A stretch of 64,000 nucleotides of DNA from the NCBI GenBank assembly GCA_964252035.1, contig OZ176207.1, one strand, 5' to 3'. The DNA is from Podarcis erhardii (Eukaryota). The notes under the pieces were generated by a model that was given only the letters and a program-made list of their open reading frames with translations, had not been told where the DNA came from and did no database searches. Positions 62,445 to 64,000 of the stretch are shown piece by piece. A program made the translations under genes and the position numbers. Positions within the stretch are counted from its first letter, which is position 1, and every line of letters starts with the position of its first letter.

Positions 62445-63590
62445 CTTAAGAGTAGATGCTATCATTATGAGGGACTTGGAGCCTCTGCAACTTGCAACAT
62501 TTTTCTTCGCTTCCCATTTGTGGACCCACCCTGATCACATATCATATCATTGGCTACTGGCAACCTCTGAATAGGCTCAGGCTGCCAGATATCCCTTCTC
62601 AAGCAGAGAAATCAGTGACAAAACTCCCACTGACTTCAGAATTTCCTTCAAAAATTTGCCAGGCAATCTTTATGAAGCCAAATTTTCATGTTTCCTTTTC
62701 AACAATAAATCAAGTTTCTCTGTCTCTTCAAATTTCAAAATACAATGGGGAAGTTATATAAAGAAGATGCACTAGTTGTCAAAAATGCTGCCTCGTTTCA
62801 TGTAACACCATTGAATTCATATTATATGAATAGCCTCTGTAAATATTTCACATTTAGTGGGCTTTGTCCTCGTTGGTTTCATTAGGTTCTTACGAAGCTC
62901 AAACAAAGGAAGATACTGAAATAAAGTTAAGCTATGCTCTTAGCCAGTCCTGTCTCCATGTCTGGATACCGTTTGGCAATTGACTGCAAGGTCAAAGGTT
63001 GTTAAAAATGCGGTGACCCTCTGACCTTCCATTCCCATTTCCTGCAGGAGAACAACCTTTCATCCAACTACAAGTCTCTTAAGAAACATTTGTTGTGATT
63101 TCATGTCTGAACTCTAGGATCAATGAGATGGGAAGGTGAGGGTGATGGTTGGGATATTTTTTTTACAGAGGCTTGAAATCCTTCTCTCCTGAAGCATGTG
63201 TTTGCTTTTATAGTGCTGTTTCATTTACCAAAATATGCTACCGCACGAATGTTCAACAGCTTAATTTATGGTTAGCAAGACACAATTCCATGATAAAAAT
63301 AGGAATTGTGTATGGAAATTGCTAAGTGGTCTGATCTGACATTGCCACTTACTGTAGTGTAGTGCCAGTAGTGTAAGGAGAGGCTGGTACTGCTGCATCT
63401 GAAGTAACCTCCTAAAATAGATACATTTGGCAGAGAAATCAAAGAACACAGTAGAATCCTGCTGCTAAGTGACTCCAGAAAATGATCTTTATTAGGAACT
63501 GAACTTTACATTTTCAGGACAGTAATTAAATATTAAGTTTTGAAGTCATTCTAAAATGTCATTCATAAAGCATATGGTATCAGATAACAA

Positions 63591-63988
63591 CCATAAAGAA
63601 GGCTGATCACTGAAGAATTGATGCTTTTGAATTATGGTGCTGGAGGAGACTCTTGAGAGTCCCATGGACTGCAAGAAGATGAAACATATCCATTCTTAAG
63701 GAAATCAGCCCTGAGTGCTCACTGGAAGGACAGATCGTGAAGCTGCGGCTCCAGTACTTTGGCCACCTCATGAGAAGTGAAGACTACCTGGAAAAGACCC
63801 TGATGATGAGAAAGGTTGAGGGCACAAGAAGAAGGGGACGACAGATGACGAGATGTTTGGACAGTGTTCTCGAAGCTACAAACATGAGTCTGACTAAACT
63901 GCGGGAGGCAGTGGAAGACAGGAGTGCCTGGCGTGCTCTGGTCCATGGGGTCACGAAGAGTCGGACACGACTAAACGACTGAACAATA
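63591..63988 (+). mobile_element. Bov-B (RTE-BovB) LINE, 5'-truncated
   Basis: KLRLQYFGHLMRSEDYLEKTLMMRKVEGTRRRGRQ...VHGVTKSRTRLND; TSD ATCAGATAACAA at 63579-63590 and 63989-64000. Confidence 0.95.
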
Positions 63989-64000
63989 ATCAGATAACAA

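Noticed and set aside
1-64000. CRISPR arrays, operons, prophage or endogenous virus
   Set aside because: No regularly spaced repeat-spacer arrays, no gene-dense regions, and no viral or LTR protein motifs were seen; the window is vertebrate non-coding DNA.

Overview
This is vertebrate genomic DNA, almost certainly from a squamate and probably a lacertid lizard. The assignment rests on the repeat content: Sauria SINEs, Squam3/Squam2-like SINEs, Bov-B, and lizard-type L2, L1 and MITE families. The window looks intronic or intergenic. I could not assign any host protein-coding gene, and most ORFs in the supplied track are chance ORFs or TE remnants. It contains many retroposons (Sauria SINEs, L2, L1, CR1, RTE, Bov-B, Rex1, and two pieces of a DIRS/Ngaro-type tyrosine-recombinase retrotransposon, one with an SGNH-hydrolase ORF), many non-autonomous DNA transposons (hAT with 8-bp TSDs; Tigger/Tc2-like with TA TSDs), microsatellites and two assembly gaps. 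Several TE-free blocks rich in homeodomain motifs resemble conserved non-coding enhancers of a developmental regulatory domain. There are no prokaryotic features such as CRISPR arrays or operons. I found no convincing new biological system. The best leads are the Ngaro fragments (one flanked by an unexpected ~40-bp duplication), a DNA-transposon family carrying a captured L2 tail, an intact Rex1 fragment, the CNE-like blocks and a few unverified minus-strand exon candidates. All family names come from motif recognition, not database searches.
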